Shown: positions 40,610 through 54,967, counted from the first letter of the stretch. The stretch is 64,000 nucleotides of DNA from Eledone cirrhosa (GCA_964016885.1 OZ024743.1:277388001-277452000); one strand, 5' to 3'. Made by a program: numbers and translations. Notes: generated from the sequence alone by a model not told the origin.

Positions 40610-41788
40610 AGCACTTTTTTTCCCCCTTTTAGATTTTTGGACCTGTAAATTGGCAGATGATGCACTCTGACTGGCCAAGAAGCTTCAGGTGTGTCTTTGA
40701 GATTCTCGGTCCCATGTTGGAAATCAACGTTGAATTTTGATCTAAATTTTGATCTAAATATATACCTTCATTTTTATATACTTATATATAGTTTATCTAT
40801 AGTCGGAGTCAAAGTATTTAATCTATTTCTTTTTGTAGACATGTGGATTGACAAGATATGTAGAAAGCCATGTGAGTCCGACACCATATCGGAGGACATT
40901 GTTTTTCGATTCACATCTGTGCAATCCTTTTTTAAATTATCATTTTAATTTTTTTAAAGATCTTGAGCCTGTTGCTTGGTGGGAGGGATTTATATATGCC
41001 GCTAGCAATATAATTTATGGTATTTCGTTGCAACACTTTCTGAACTGAGACCAAATTTTATTATGAGTAACTTTGCCATTCATCTGTTTGGAGTCGATAA
41101 AATCGTAACCAGTATAATACTAAGGTCCATGTATAATTGGCTGCATGATATGATATGTGCTGTGGTCTCGCGTTGAAAATCAATGTTGCGTTTTTTCATC
41201 TAAATTCAGATCTAAATCTACCTATATTCAGGTATTTATACCTATACGCTCCAGCATATTTACTAATATATATCATTCTTTTAGTCCTTTAATCAGTAAA
41301 ACTGAAAAGAAAGTATAGGTTTGTCATGTCGGAACCATCCTTGATATCAAATCTATAGAATAACGCCTTCCCTTTTAATTTAACCTCAGCAAATTGCTGT
41401 GTTAATGTTAAGGTCTAATATAGTAACGTTAAACTCGTTTTATTTTTCTCTCTTTTTTTCTTTGCTATATTTTATCAATATTAATTTCCTAAAGGATCAG
41501 CATCTAAGTTTAGATCAAAATATATCGACATGCAGGTATTGCTCTATAGACATGGAAAGGTACCGACTGAAATTAAAAGAACATATTGTCACCTTCAAAG
41601 CGTCCTTTAACATAAATCTATAGAATCACGCCTTCATCAACTAAACCACAACAATTTATAGAGAAATTTCAGTGATAATGTTAACGTTAAATTAATAAAG
41701 TAATGTTAAATTCGTTCTATTTTTTCTCTGTTTTTTTTTTTATATCCTCTGTATATTATATAAATACTCAGTTATTGAAACATCAACT

Positions 41789-41860
41789 GGCCCTGTGGCG
41801 CAACGGTAGCGCGTCTGAATCCATATCAGAAGGCTACGTGTTCGTATCACGTCGGGGTCA
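41789..41860 (+). tRNA. trnW-CCA: tRNA-Trp(CCA), stems intact but loops mutated
   Basis: Anticodon loop ATCCATA; T loop TTCGTAT. Confidence 0.5.
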
Positions 41861-42335
41861 AATATTTTTGGTTTTAGTAGATCTGTGGATTGGAAGGTTA
41901 CGTAGAAGATCTGGCGCAATATATCGTAGTATTTCGTTGGAACACTCTGATTTGGTGTGACATTTCATAATAGTTAACTTTTATGTGTGATCGAATCCCG
42001 TCAGTGTCAAATCCATTTTTCATTTCGATTTTTGGGCCTATAAGTTGGCAGATAATGCCGATTGAATGACAAAGAATGTTGCGGTATTTCCTTGCAATTC
42101 TCGGTTCCATGTTACAATTCAATGTTGAGTTTTCATCAAAATTTAGATCTAAGTATACCGACATGCAGGTATTTCTCTATAGTCTTGGAAAGGCACCGAC
42201 TGAAATTATGAAATTAAAATGCCATATTGTCACCTTCAAATCGTCCTTGATCACAAATTTATAGAATCACAACGTCTCCAACTTAACCTTAACAGCCGGC
42301 TGCAATGATGATCACAGGAAAGAGTCGGGTTAAAT

Positions 42336-42517
42336 AATTGTTTCTACTTTAGGCACAAGGCCAGCAATTACCCAGTGCATTACTGGTACTTTATTTTATC
42401 GACTCCGTAAGGATGAAAGGCAAAGTCAACCACGGCGGGATTTGAACTCAGATCGTAAAGGGACGTAACTATGCTGGAAAGCATGGCGTGCGACCCTCTA
42501 CCGATACTGCCAATCCA
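42336..42517 (-). mobile_element. Young SINE nested in a MITE remnant
   Basis: Family consensus; flanking AAATAAT duplication. Confidence 0.85.
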
Positions 42518-42728
42518 CAAATAATACCACTACTTTTCCGTTAATTAACAGGTTTGTATAACCCAACGCTGTGCTATGATCATTATAGCAACCAGCAGTT
42601 CTGCAGCTATTTGCGTGTTCGAGCTTCTGATGTCTATTGAAGTAATGTTAAACTCGTTCTATTTTTATCGCTCGTTTATTTTTATCCTCTGTATATTTTA
42701 TCAATACTCAGTTCTTGTAACATCGACT

Positions 42729-42799
42729 GGCTCTGTGGCGCCAAGGTAGCGATCTGACTCCAGATCAGTAGGTTGCGGGTTCGAATCACGTCGGGGTCA
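42729..42799 (+). pseudogene. tRNA-Trp pseudogene
   Basis: 1-nt deletion in the D arm plus mismatches. Confidence 0.7.
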
Positions 42800-43824
42800 C
42801 ATATTTTCAGTTTTTCTAGATCTGTGGATTGGCAAGATACATAGAACTTCTTACAGATTTCATAATGGTTATCCTTTATCGTTCTGTGGTCTATAAAATA
42901 AGTAACAGTGCTATACCGATGTCAATTTATAATAGACTATATATGTAATCGTGTTCCCATGCTGAAATCATTCCAGTAAATTTATACCATTCCTTATGTA
43001 AACGTTAATCTCGCTATGGATTCTCTTTTTTTATCTGTGTATAATTTAATAATTTTTACAGCTATATTCGTGGTCTAGTTCCCAACAATTTTACGAAATA
43101 TTTACATACTCAACCCTCCAAATCATTTCATATCATATTGTTTACGTACATCAAGTCGTTTATTTTCAGCATGAGAACACAATTAATCATACAGTCAATT
43201 ATATATTCCTGGTACTTGTTATATCAATAACAGAATGATCAAGGGCTAAGTTAACCAAAATAAAATTTGAGGTCGGATGTAAGAGATTTGGAAAGAAATA
43301 TCACAGAAATACTGAGCCAGAAGTTCTAGAGGCATATATGGATACCACCATTCAACAGTCCCAGGATCTTTAAAAAATTAAAATAATAATTTATAAAAGG
43401 ATTACACAGATGTGAAACAAAAAAAACAATGTCGTCCGATATAATGTCGGACTCACAAGCGTTTCGCCACAGATCCAATAGGTCTTCGGGGTGCAGAACA
43501 TTTCTAAACCATACACAGGGAAAATATAAGAAATCCGAAAAGAGATTAACCTTTGTTTTTTTTTTTAACCAAAGATCGTTTTCTCTGTATATCAAGATCT
43601 AAATTTACATCAGAAATTTTTTTCTGCTGAGGAACACGATTATATATCACATTATTTAGTCAATTATACATCGACTTTAGTACATCAATGGTACATAACA
43701 TAAATGTTAACCATAATGAAATTTCAGCTGAAATCAGAAACATGCAACGAAATAACCATAAGACATTCTACGTATCCTGCCAATCCATAGATCTACAAAA
43801 AGGAAAGAAAACAAAATACATTTT

Positions 43825-43895
43825 TACCCCAACGTGTTCAGAATACGCAGCTTTCTGGTCTGGTTTCATGCGCACCATCCTTTCGCCACAAGGTC
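43825..43895 (-). pseudogene. tRNA-Trp pseudogene (inverted segment)
   Basis: Degenerate reverse copy; partial paralog at ~49829. Confidence 0.6.
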
Positions 43896-44665
43896 AGCTG
43901 GTGATTCAACAGCTGTACATTAATGCACAGGAAAAAGATATAGAGAAAAATAGAAAGAGTTTACTCTTTTAGAGGTTAGCATTGTGACGGCAATTTTTCA
44001 GTTGTTTCCAGCACGAGAACGAGATGGTAAATCATATCATGCTGTCCATTATACCTCGACCTCAGTAGGTTACTAGTAACAATTTTATCGACTCCAGAAA
44101 GATGAACGTTTAAGTTGACCATAATAATGAAATTTGAGCTCAAATCAGAAAGTGTCACAACGAAACACCAGCAGCTATTTTTTCCAAGACGCTATACGAA
44201 TCCCGCCAATCTCCAGAAAACAAAAATAAAATTTAAAAAAAGGACGAATTAGAATAACGTCTTCCCTTCCAACTTAACTGCAACAAATTGCTGTGTTAAT
44301 GTTAAGGTATACTATAGTAACGTAAAACTCGTTTTATTTTTCTCTCTATTTTTCTTTGCTATATTTTATCAATCTTAATTTCCTAAAGGATCAACATCTA
44401 AGTTTAGATCTAAATATACTGACATGCAGGTATTGCTCTATAGACATGGAAAGGCACCGACTGAAATTAAAAGAACATATTGTCACCTTGATCATAAATC
44501 TATATAATCACGCCTTCATCAACTAAACCACAACAATTTATAGAGAAATTCCAGTGATAATGTTAATGTCTATTAAAGTAATGTTACACGCACTCTATTT
44601 TTCTCTCTGTTTTTTTTTATATCCTCTGTATAATATATAAATACTCAGTTGTTGATACATCAACT

Positions 44666-44737
44666 GTCCCTGTGGCGCAACCGTAGCACGTCTGACTCCA
44701 GATTAGAAGGCTGCGTGTTCGAATCACGTCGGGGTTA
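44666..44737 (+). pseudogene. tRNA-Trp(CCA) pseudogene
   Basis: G18 and D-stem mutated. Confidence 0.7.
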
Positions 44738-45803
44738 AACATTATTTTTCCTTTTATAGATCTGTGGATTGGCAAATTACGTAGATCTTCTGGCAAAATA
44801 TATTGTGGTATTTCACTGCAACACTCTCTGAGCTCATATTTCATTGTGGTTAACCTAGCCGTTGATCGCTCTGTGGTCAATAAAATAGGTACCATTGACG
44901 TATAGCTTTTAGCGAAATAACTTATGGCATTTCGTTGCGTAAATTTCTGATCTGAGACCAAATTTCATTTTAGTAAACTATTCCGATATGCGATGTTGGT
45001 CTCACGTTGGAAATGAATGTTGAGGTTTCATCTAAATTTAGAACAAAACATACTTATCCGGACGGATTTATATCTATACCTCCCTGTCTATTTACTTTCA
45101 TATAGCTTCCTTTTAGTCTTTGAATCACTACGACTGAAAAGGAAATATCAAATTTTCAGGGTTGAGACGTCCTTGATGTCAAATCTATAGAATCCCGCTT
45201 TTACTTCCAACTAAACAACAAATTATAGAAACATTTCTGTGATAATGTTTACGTCTAATATAGTAACATTTAAATACGTTCCTTTTTCTCCATTTATTTT
45301 CTTGTGTATATTGTATCAATATTCAGTGTCTGGGTCACCAGCTTGCTCTGTTCGGTAATGGTAGCGCGTCGAATCCCGTGTTCGAATCCCGTCAGTGCCA
45401 AAACTGTTTTTTTTTTTTTATTTTAGATTTTTGGTCCTGTAAATTGGCAGACAATGCAGATTGACTGGAAATCAATTTTGAGTTTTAATTCAAATTGAAA
45501 TCTAAATATATCTACATGTAGGTATTTATATCCATACCTTCTTGTCTATCTACTCACATATAGTTTCTCTATAGTCATGGAATCGCACCGACTGGAGTTA
45601 AAATAATGTATTTTCACATTTAAAGCATCATTGATGACATATCTATAGTATCACAACTCCAAATTAATCATAACAATTTATAGAAAAATTGAGGTAATAA
45701 TTCTAACGTCTATTATAGTAATGTTACACACGTTCTATTTTTCTCTCTCTTATTTTTTATTCTCTGTATATTTTATAAATACTCAATTGCTGATACGCCA
45801 CCA

Positions 45804-45875
45804 GAACCTGTGGCGCAACGGTAGCGCGTCTGACTCGAGATCAGAAGGCTGCGTGTTCGAATCACGTAGGGGTCA
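45804..45875 (+). pseudogene. tRNA-Trp body with CGA (Ser) anticodon
   Basis: TCTGA CTCGAGA TCAGA; D, anticodon and T arms perfect; two acceptor mismatches. Confidence 0.7.
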
Positions 45876-48002
45876 GAAGGTTCACTCCTTTCTATTTTTG
45901 TAGATTGGCAGGATACACAGTACTTTGGATAAAAATAGCTTATTTCGTTGCAAAGTTTTGATTTGATTTCTTTATGTTTAAATTTGATCGTTCAAAGATC
46001 GATAAAACAGGTACCAGTGAAGTACTGTGTTCTCTGTGAAGTACTGAGCTTGACGTATAATTGAAAGCATTATGTATTATGCCATCTCGTTCACGTGTAG
46101 GAAATTAACGTCGGTGTCAAACCTGTTTTTCTTTTCTTTTAGACTTTTGGGCCAGAAAGTTGGCGGATAATGCAGACTGAATGACAAAGAACCTTGCGAA
46201 TTTCGGTTTCACGTTACAATTCAACGTTGAGTTTTCATCAAAATTTAGATCTAAATATACCGACACGCAAGTATTGGAAAGGCACCGACTGGAATTAAAA
46301 GACCATATTGTCACCTTTAAAGTGTCCTTGATCATAAATCTATATAATCAGGCCTTCATTAACTAAATCAAAAATTTATAGAAAAATTGAGGTGATAATT
46401 CTAATGTCTATTAAAATAATGTTAAACTCGTTCTATTTCTCTCTCTTTCTGATGAGTGGATTAGCTGAATACGGAGAACTACTGGCAAAATATATCGTGG
46501 TATTTCGCTGCAAGAATCTCCAATCTGAGCTCAAATTTCATTGTGATGAACTTAGCCGTCGATCGTTCTGTGGGTTATTAAATAGTTACCCGTGACATAC
46601 TGGGGTCGAATTAATATGATGTGTTATGTAATCATGTTCATATACTGAATATCTGGATATTAGATCTTGATATATAGAGAATTCAATAGTGGACATGTTT
46701 GGTAAAGGAGTGTTAATATTTTGGTTTTCTCCTTTTTCACCCTTTGTAAAATTTAGGAATTTTCTTTGTCCAGAAGACATACCGGTCTTGTGGTGGAATG
46801 GTAGCGCCCCTTAGTCTATATCGAAAGACTCGGTTTTCGATTCGCATCTACGCCATCCTATTTTTAATTTTATTTTTATTTTCTGAAAAACTTAGTTCTT
46901 CGGATTGGCACCATTCGTATAGCGTTTAGCGAAATACCTGCTGGTATTTCGTTTGTGACACTTTCTGATTTGAGCTCAAATTTCATTTTTATGGTCAACT
47001 TTGCTGTTCATCTTTCTGGAGTCGATAAAATTGCTCCCCCAGAAGTACTGAGGTTGACGTACCAGAAAGATGAACGGCAGGGTTGACCAGAATAATGATA
47101 TTTGAGCTCAGACCAGGCGCTATACGAATATACGAATCCTGTCAATCCGACATCTAAGATCTTATAAAAATAAAAAGATTTAAAAAATTTAACTTTGATG
47201 TGAATCGAACTACCGATTCGCCACAAGACTGGTATGTCTGCCGGGCACAGAACATTTCTAAATTAAACGCAGTTTGGAAAATTGGTAATCGAAAACTATA
47301 TTAAAGCTTCTTTAAAAAACATTGTATTTATTGATTTCTCTGTATATCAAAATCTAAAATGATATGAAGACTTTGATATTCATAATTGGAAAACAATTAC
47401 ATAACATATCATGAAGTCAATTATATATCAACCTCAGTATATTACTGATAACGATTTTATAGATTCCAGAAATACGAACGGTAAAGTTGACCAACATGAA
47501 ATTTGAGCTTAGTTTAGTGATACTTGCAAAGGCATATCATAAGTTATTTGGTCAGATGTTCTACATATCCTGCCAATTCGGAGGCCTAAAATATTTTTAT
47601 GAAATAAATATATATATAAAAAAAAGGATGAGACGCTGGTGATTCGGCTATGTACAAAAAATTACTAAATTATACACAGATAAAAAAGAGAAACCAAAAA
47701 TGAGATTAACATTTCTTGGTGAGATATTATCACTATTTCATTCTATGTTTCTCAAAATCAAATTTCCACCAGAAATGATTTCAGCATGGGAACACGATTA
47801 CATATCATATAGTCTATTATACATTGAGAACAGTATATCACTGGTACTTATTTCGTCGACCACAGAACGATAAAAGTTAACCATAATAAAATCTGACCTC
47901 AAATCGGAGTGTGTTGCAACGAAATACTACAAGATATTGTGCAAGAAGTTCTCTGTATCTTGCCAATCCACACATCTACAAAAATCAAAAATCAAAAATA
48001 CT

Positions 48003-48074
48003 TGACCCCGACGTGATTCGAACACGCAGCCTTCTGATCTGGAGTCAGACGCGCTACCGTTGCGCCACAGGGCC
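48003..48074 (-). tRNA. trnW-CCA: tRNA-Trp(CCA), intact
   Basis: Reverse complement of the 24538 copy; T-runs downstream. Confidence 0.95.
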
Positions 48075-48259
48075 AGCTGTTATTTCTGAAACTGAATATT
48101 GATAAAATATACACATGAGAAAAATAGTAGAAAATAGAACGAGTTTAACGTTACCTTATTAGACGTTACATTATCACTTAAATTTTTCTATAAATTGTAG
48201 TAGTTTTTTACCTGTTTAATTTCTTTCAGTATTCAGTTCCTGAAAGAACCGCTGAAACT

Positions 48260-48326
48260 GGCTCTGTGGCACAATGATGGCGCTTTTGACTCCAGATCAG
48301 GAGGTTTCGTGTTCGAATCATGTCGT
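48260..48326 (+). pseudogene. tRNA-Trp pseudogene
   Basis: Degenerate copy with 3' end lost. Confidence 0.65.
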
Positions 48327-48623
48327 TTTGTTTCTTTTTGTAGATCTGTGGATTGGCAGGATACGTAGAACTTCTGGCTCAGTATATCTGTGGTATTTCT
48401 TTCCAAGCTCAAATCTGAGCTCAAATTTTATTTTGATTAACTTAGCCGTTAATCAACTGTTGTTGATATAACAGGTACCAGGAATATACTGAGGTTGATG
48501 TAAATTGACTATATGATTAATTTTGTTCTCATGCTGAAAATAAATAAAAAACTTGATGTACGTAAACAATAAGATATGAAATGATTTGGAGCATTCAGTA
48601 TGTAAATATGTCGTAAAATTGTT

Positions 48624-48788
48624 GGGTGCTAGACCACAAATATAGCTGTAAAACAGCCGGCTGCAAAGGGTCAGGCTAAACAAAACCACCACTTTTCCGT
48701 TAATTAATAGGTTTTGTTTAACCCAACACTGTGCTATGATAATTATAGCAACCGGTTGTTTTACAGCTATTTACGTGTTCGAGCTCCC
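48624..48788. mobile_element. Small MITE with ~40-bp imperfect TIRs
   Basis: GGGTGCTAGACCACAAATATAGCTGTAAAACAGCCGGCTGC ... GCAACCGGTTGTTTTACAGCTATTTACGTGTTCGAGCTCCC; a related copy lies at 42292-42628. Confidence 0.6.
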
Positions 48789-48982
48789 TACATGTTTATC
48801 TTTATGTACATTTAGATCTCGATTTCCATAGAAGTCAATAGTGCTAATATCACGTAGAGAAACTACTTTATAGAACAATTACAGTGATAATGATAACGTA
48901 ATAAAGTAACGTTAAAATTATTCTATTTTTCTCTTTTTTCCAATGTATAATTTATCAATATAATAGCCGGGAAAAACCAGCT

Positions 48983-49054
48983 GGCCTTGTGGCGCAACGG
49001 TAGCGCGTCTGACTCCAGATCAGAAGGTTGCGTGTTCAAATCACGTCGGGGTCA
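48983..49054 (+). tRNA. trnW-CCA: tRNA-Trp(CCA), intact
   Basis: Full cloverleaf, TTCAAAT T loop and downstream T-run. Confidence 0.92.
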
Positions 49055-50862
49055 AAGGATATGCATCTTTTTTTTTCTTTTTGTAAATCTGTGGACTGGT
49101 AGGATCGTAGAACTTCTGGCAAAATATATATTGTGGTATTTCCGTTCTTAGCTCAAGTCTCATTATGGTTAACTTTGCAGCTGATCGCTCTGTTGTTTTT
49201 AAAACAGGTACCAGTACCGCACTGAGGTTGATATATAATTGACTATATGATAGGTAACCGTGTTCATAAACTGAAAATCAGTAAATTAGACCTTGATAAA
49301 CAGAGAATTTAATAGTGGACATGTTTCTTAAATAAGCATTAATATTGTTTTGGATTTCTCATTTTTTACAGTGTGTAAAATGTAGAAATTTTTTGTGGAC
49401 GGAAGATATACTGCTCTTGTGGCGTAACTGTACAGCAGCTGATTTTCGTAGGAAGACTGTGTTTTCGATTCGCATCTAATTCGTCCTGTTTTTTTAATTT
49501 ATTTTCTTTGTATTTTCTGAATATTGGCGGGGTTCGTATAGCGTCTTGGAAAAAATGCCTGCTGGTGTTTCGATGTGACACTTTCTGATTTGAGCTCAAC
49601 ATTGCCGTTCATCTTTCGGGAGTCGGGAGCCGATAAAATTGTTACCAGTAACCTACTGAGTTCGAGGTATAATGGACAGCATGATATGATTTATCATCTT
49701 GTTCTCGTGCTGGAAATCACTGAAAAAATGCAGTGATAATGCTAACCTCTAATAAAGTAAACTCTTTCTATTTTTCTCTATATATTTTAATATATGTGTT
49801 TTAATATACATTTATTGTGTCACCAGCTGACCTTATGGCGAAACGATGGCACGCATGAAACCAGATCAGAAAGGTTAATCTCTTTTCGGATTTCTTATAT
49901 TTTCCCTGTGTATGGTTTAGAAATGTTCTGTATCCCGAAGACCTATTGGATCTGCGGCGAAACGCTTGTGAGTCCGACACTATATCGGACGACATTGTTT
50001 TTTGTTTCACATCTGTGTAATCCTTTTATAAATTATTATTTTAATTTTTTAAAGATCTTGGGACTGTTGAATGGTGGTATCCATATATGCCTCTAGCAAA
50101 AGAATTTATGGTTCGTTGCGACACTTTCTGATATCAAATTTCATTATGAGTAATTTTGCCGTTCATCTTTCTGGAGTAGATAAAATCGCAACCAGTAAAA
50201 TTGTATAATTGACTGGATGGTATGATATGTTGTCTAACAGTGGAAATCAATGTTGTGATTTTTCATCTAAATTCAGATCTAAATTTACCTTTATGCAGGT
50301 AATTATATTTATACCCGCCTGTATATTTACTTATAGTTTTCTTTTAGTTCTGTCATCACTAAAACTGAAAAGAAAATATAGGTTTGTCATGTCGGAACCG
50401 TCCTTGATATCAAATCTATAGAATAACGCCTTCGCTTCTAACTTAACCTCAACAAATTGATGTGATAATGTTAAGGACTAATATAGTAACGTTAAACTCG
50501 TGTTATTTTTCTCTCCTTTTGTCTTTGCTGTATTTTATCAATATTAATTTCCTAAAGGATCAACATCTAAGTTTAGATCTAAATATATCGACATGCAGGT
50601 ATTGCTCTAGACATGGAAAGGTACCGACTGAAACTAAAAGTCCATATTGGAATCGCAATGACTGAAGTAAAATGATAATATTTTCATTTTTAAAGCGTCC
50701 TTGATCACAAATCAACAGAACAACAACTTCATCTCCAAATTAACCATAACAATTTATAGAAAAGTTGATGTGATAATGCGAACGTCTATAAAAGTAATCT
50801 TGAACTCGTTCTATTTCTATCTTGTGTATATTTTATCAATATTAGTTTCTGACACGTCAGCT

Positions 50863-50933
50863 GGCACTGTGGCGCAACGGTAGCGCGTCTGACTCCAGAT
50901 CAGAAGGTTGCGTGTTCGAATCACATCGGCTCA
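50863..50933 (+). pseudogene. tRNA-Trp(CCA) pseudogene
   Basis: Acceptor and T stems damaged. Confidence 0.7.
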
Positions 50934-51598
50934 GAAGATTGAAGTCTTTTCTTTTAGTAGATTGGCAGGATACACAGTACTTTTTGGAAAATACCTTATT
51001 TCGTTGCGAATTTTTGTTTTCATATGAAATTTCTTTGTCTAAATTTGATCGTTCCGTGATCGATAAAACAGGTACCAGTGAAGTACTGTGCTATCTGTGA
51101 AGTACTGAGCTTGACGTATAATGTAATATGCATAATGTAGTATGCCATCTCGTTCTCGTGTGGGAAATTAATGTCGGTGTCAAACCTGTTATTTTTTCTT
51201 TTAGACTTTTGGGCCAGAAAGTTAGCGGATAATGCAGACTGAATGACAAAGAACCTTGCGGTGTTTCTTGCGAATTTTGGTTCCATGTTACAATTCAATG
51301 TTGAGTTTTCATCAAAATTTAGATGTAAATAGACTGACATGCAGGTATCTCTCAATAGTCTTGGAAAGGCACCGACAGAAATTAAAAGACCATATTGTCA
51401 CCTTTAAAGTGTCCTTGATCATAAATCATAAATCTATATAATCAGGCCTTATTTAACTAAGCCACAAAAATTTAAAGAATAATGGAGGTGATAATTCTAA
51501 CGTCTATTAAAATAATGTTACTCACGTTCTATTTTTCTCTCGCTTATTTCTTTATTCTCTGTATATTTTATAAATACTCAGTTGTTAGACTATTCACT

Positions 51599-51670
51599 GG
51601 CCTTGTGGCGCAACGGTAACGAGTCTGACTCCAGATCAGAAGGTTGCTTGTTCGAATCACGTCGGGGCCA
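51599..51670 (+). pseudogene. tRNA-Trp(CCA) pseudogene
   Basis: D-stem and T-stem mismatches. Confidence 0.7.
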
Positions 51671-52152
51671 AACAATATTTTTCCTTTTATAGATCTGTGG
51701 ATTGGTATGTTACGTAAAACTTCTGGCAAAATATATTGTGATATTTCGGTGCAACACTCTCTGATCTGTGCTCACATTTCATTGTGGTTCACCTAGCCGT
51801 TGATTGTTCTGTGGTTGATAAAACAGGTACAAGTGACGGATTGTCTTCTGATCTGCGAAAAAATTTCATTTTAGTAAACTACCCCGATTCTCACGTTGGA
51901 AATGAATGTTGAGGTTTCATCTAAATTTAGAACAAAACATACTTATCCGGACGGATTTATATCTATACCTCCCTGTCTATTTACTTACATATAGCTTCCT
52001 TTTAGTCTTTGAATCACTACGACTGAAAAGGAAATATCAAATTGTCAGGGTTGAGACGTCCTTGATGTTAAATCTATAGAATCCCGCTTTTACTTCCAAC
52101 TAGACAACAAATTATAGAAACGTTTCTGTGATAATGTTTACGTCTAATATAG

Positions 52153-52240
52153 TTGTTTCTACTCTTGGCACAAGGCCAGCAATTACCAAGTACATTACTG
52201 GTACTTTATTTTATCGATCCGTAAGGATGAAAGGCAAAGT
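52153..52240 (-). mobile_element. 5'-truncated SINE with short TSD
   Basis: Flanked by TATAGT; empty paralogous site at ~45255. Confidence 0.8.
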
Positions 52241-52786
52241 TATAGTAACATTTAAACACGTTCCTTTGGCTGTCTTTATTTTCTCGTTTATATATTTCAA
52301 TATTCAGTTTCTGGGTCACCAGCTTGCTCTGCTCGGTAATGGTAGCGTGTCTGACTCCAGGTCAGAAGGTTGTGCGTTCGAATTCCCTCAGTGTCAAACA
52401 TGTTTTTTTCTTTTAGATTATTGGTTTGCTACTCTCGGTCACATATTGGAAATCAATTTTGATATTTAATCCAAATTTAAATCTAAATATATCTATATGC
52501 ATGTAATTATAGCCATTCCCTCCTGTCAATCTACTCCCATATAGTTTCTCTATTGTCCTGGCATCACGACTGAAAAAAACAACAACATATTTTCACATTT
52601 AAACCGTCCTTGATCACAAATCGATAGAATGACAACTTCATCTCCAAATTAACTATAACAATTTATAGAAAAATTGAGGTTATAATGCGAACGTCTATTA
52701 ATGTTACACACGTTCTATTTTTCTCTCTCTTATTTTTTAAAATTCTCTGCATATTTTATAAATACTCAATTGCTGAAACGCCAACT

Positions 52787-52858
52787 AGCCCTGTGGTGCA
52801 ACGGTAGCACGTCCGACTCCAGATCAGAAGGCTGTGTGTTCGAATCACGTCGGGGTCA
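52787..52858 (+). pseudogene. tRNA-Trp(CCA) variant
   Basis: Compensatory D-stem (GTGC/GCAC), but G1A and an anticodon-stem mismatch. Confidence 0.65.
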
Positions 52859-53414
52859 GAAGGTTCACTTCGTTCTGTTTTTGTAGATTGGCAGGATACA
52901 CAGTACTTTGGAGAAAAATAGCTTATTTCGTTGCAAAGTTTTGATTTGATACTAAATTACTTTATGTTTAAATTTGATCGTTCCGTGATCGATAAAACAA
53001 GTACCAGTGAAGTACTGTGCTTTAGACTTTTGGGCCAGAAAGTTGGCGGATAATGCAGACTGAATCACAAAGAACCTTGCGGTGTTTCCTTGCGAATTTC
53101 GGTTTCTTGTTACCTTTCAACGTTGAGTTTTCATCAAAATTTATATCTAAATATACCGACACGCACGTATTGCTCTATAGTCTTGGAAAGGCACCGACTG
53201 GAATTAAAAGACCATATTGTCACCTTTAAATTGTCCTTGATCATAAATCTATATAATCAGGACTTCATTAACTAAACCACCAAAATTTAAAGAAAAATTG
53301 CGGTGATAATTCTAATGTCTATTAAAGTAATGTTAAACTCGTTCTATTTTTTCTTTCTCTCTTTTTTCTATTCTCTGTATATTTTATAAATACTCAGTTG
53401 TTGAAACACCAATT

Positions 53415-53486
53415 GACCCTGTGACACAACGGTAACGCGTCTGACTCCAGATCAGAAGGCTGCGTGTTCGAATCACGTCGGTTTCA
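53415..53486 (+). pseudogene. tRNA-Trp(CCA) pseudogene
   Basis: D-stem and acceptor stem broken. Confidence 0.7.
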
Positions 53487-54967
53487 TATAGTTCACTTTT
53501 TCTTAATTTATTGGTGTGTGAATTTATTGGTGGCTGAATACAAAGAACTACTGGCAAAATATATTGCGGTATTTCGCTGCAATAATTTCCGATCTCAGCT
53601 CAAATTTCATTGTGATAAACTTAGCCGTTGATCGTTCTGTGGGTTATTAAATAGCTACCAGTGACGTGCTGAGGTCGAATTAATATGATATGATTTGTAA
53701 TCGTATTGATATACTGAAAATCTGGAAATTAAATCTTGATATATAGAGAATTCAATAGTGGACATGTCTCGTAAAGAAGTGTTAATATTTTGGATTGCTC
53801 ATTTTTCACACTTTGTAAAATTTAGAAATTTTCTTTGTCCAGAAGACATACCGGTCTTGTGGTGGAATGGTAGCGCCCCTTAGTCTATATCGAAAGACTG
53901 GGTTTTCGATTCGCATCTACGTCATTCTATTTTTAATTTTATTTTTATTTTCTGAAAATCTTAGGACTTCGAATTGGTGGCATTCGTATAGCATTTAGCG
54001 AAATACCTGCTGGTATTTCGTTTGTGACACTTTCTGATTTGAGCTCAAATTTCATTTTTATGGTTAACTTTGCTGTTCATCATTCTTGAGATGATAAAAT
54101 TGCTCCCTCCGAAGTACTGAGGTTGACGTACCAGAACGGCAAGGTTGAGCAGAATAATGATATTTGAGCTCAGACCAGGCGCTATACGAATCCTGCCAAT
54201 CCGAGGACCTAAAAAAGATTTTAAAAATTTAACTTTGATGTGAATAGCACTAACGATTCGCCACCAGACCGGAATGTCTGCCGGGCACAAATATTTCTAG
54301 ATTAAACGCAGTTTGGAAAATTGGTAATCCAAAACGATATTAAAGCTTCTTTTAAAAACATTAGCATTATTGAAGTCCTTGTATATAAACATCCACATTT
54401 ACATGAAGACTTTGATTTTCATCATGGGAACACAATTACGTAACATAGCAGGAAGTCAATTATACATCAACCTCAGTATTTTACTGATAGCGATTTTATA
54501 GATTCCAGAAATATGAACGGTAAAGTTGACCGAACAGTCGTTCAACTTATCCTGCCTTTTAATGTAATGTTAATCTAGAGTTAAACAGTGTACCGTTACG
54601 GAACGAAACCTGTATATGTACAGAAAATTACTAAATTATACACTGATAAAAAAAAAAGAGAAACTCCAAAACGAGATTAACGTTTCTAGGTGAGACATTA
54701 TCACTATATCATTCTATGTATATCAAAATCAAATTTCCACCAGGAATGATTTTTAGCATGGAAACACGAATACATATCATATGGTCTATTATACATTGAC
54801 ACCAGTGTATCACTGGTACCTATTTTATGGACCATAGAAGGATAAAAGCTAACTATAATAAAATCTGTCCTCAAATCGGAAAGTGTTGCAATGAACTACT
54901 ACCAGATATTGTGCAAGAAGTTCTATGTATCTTATTAATCCACAGATCTACAAAAATAGAAAATGCT

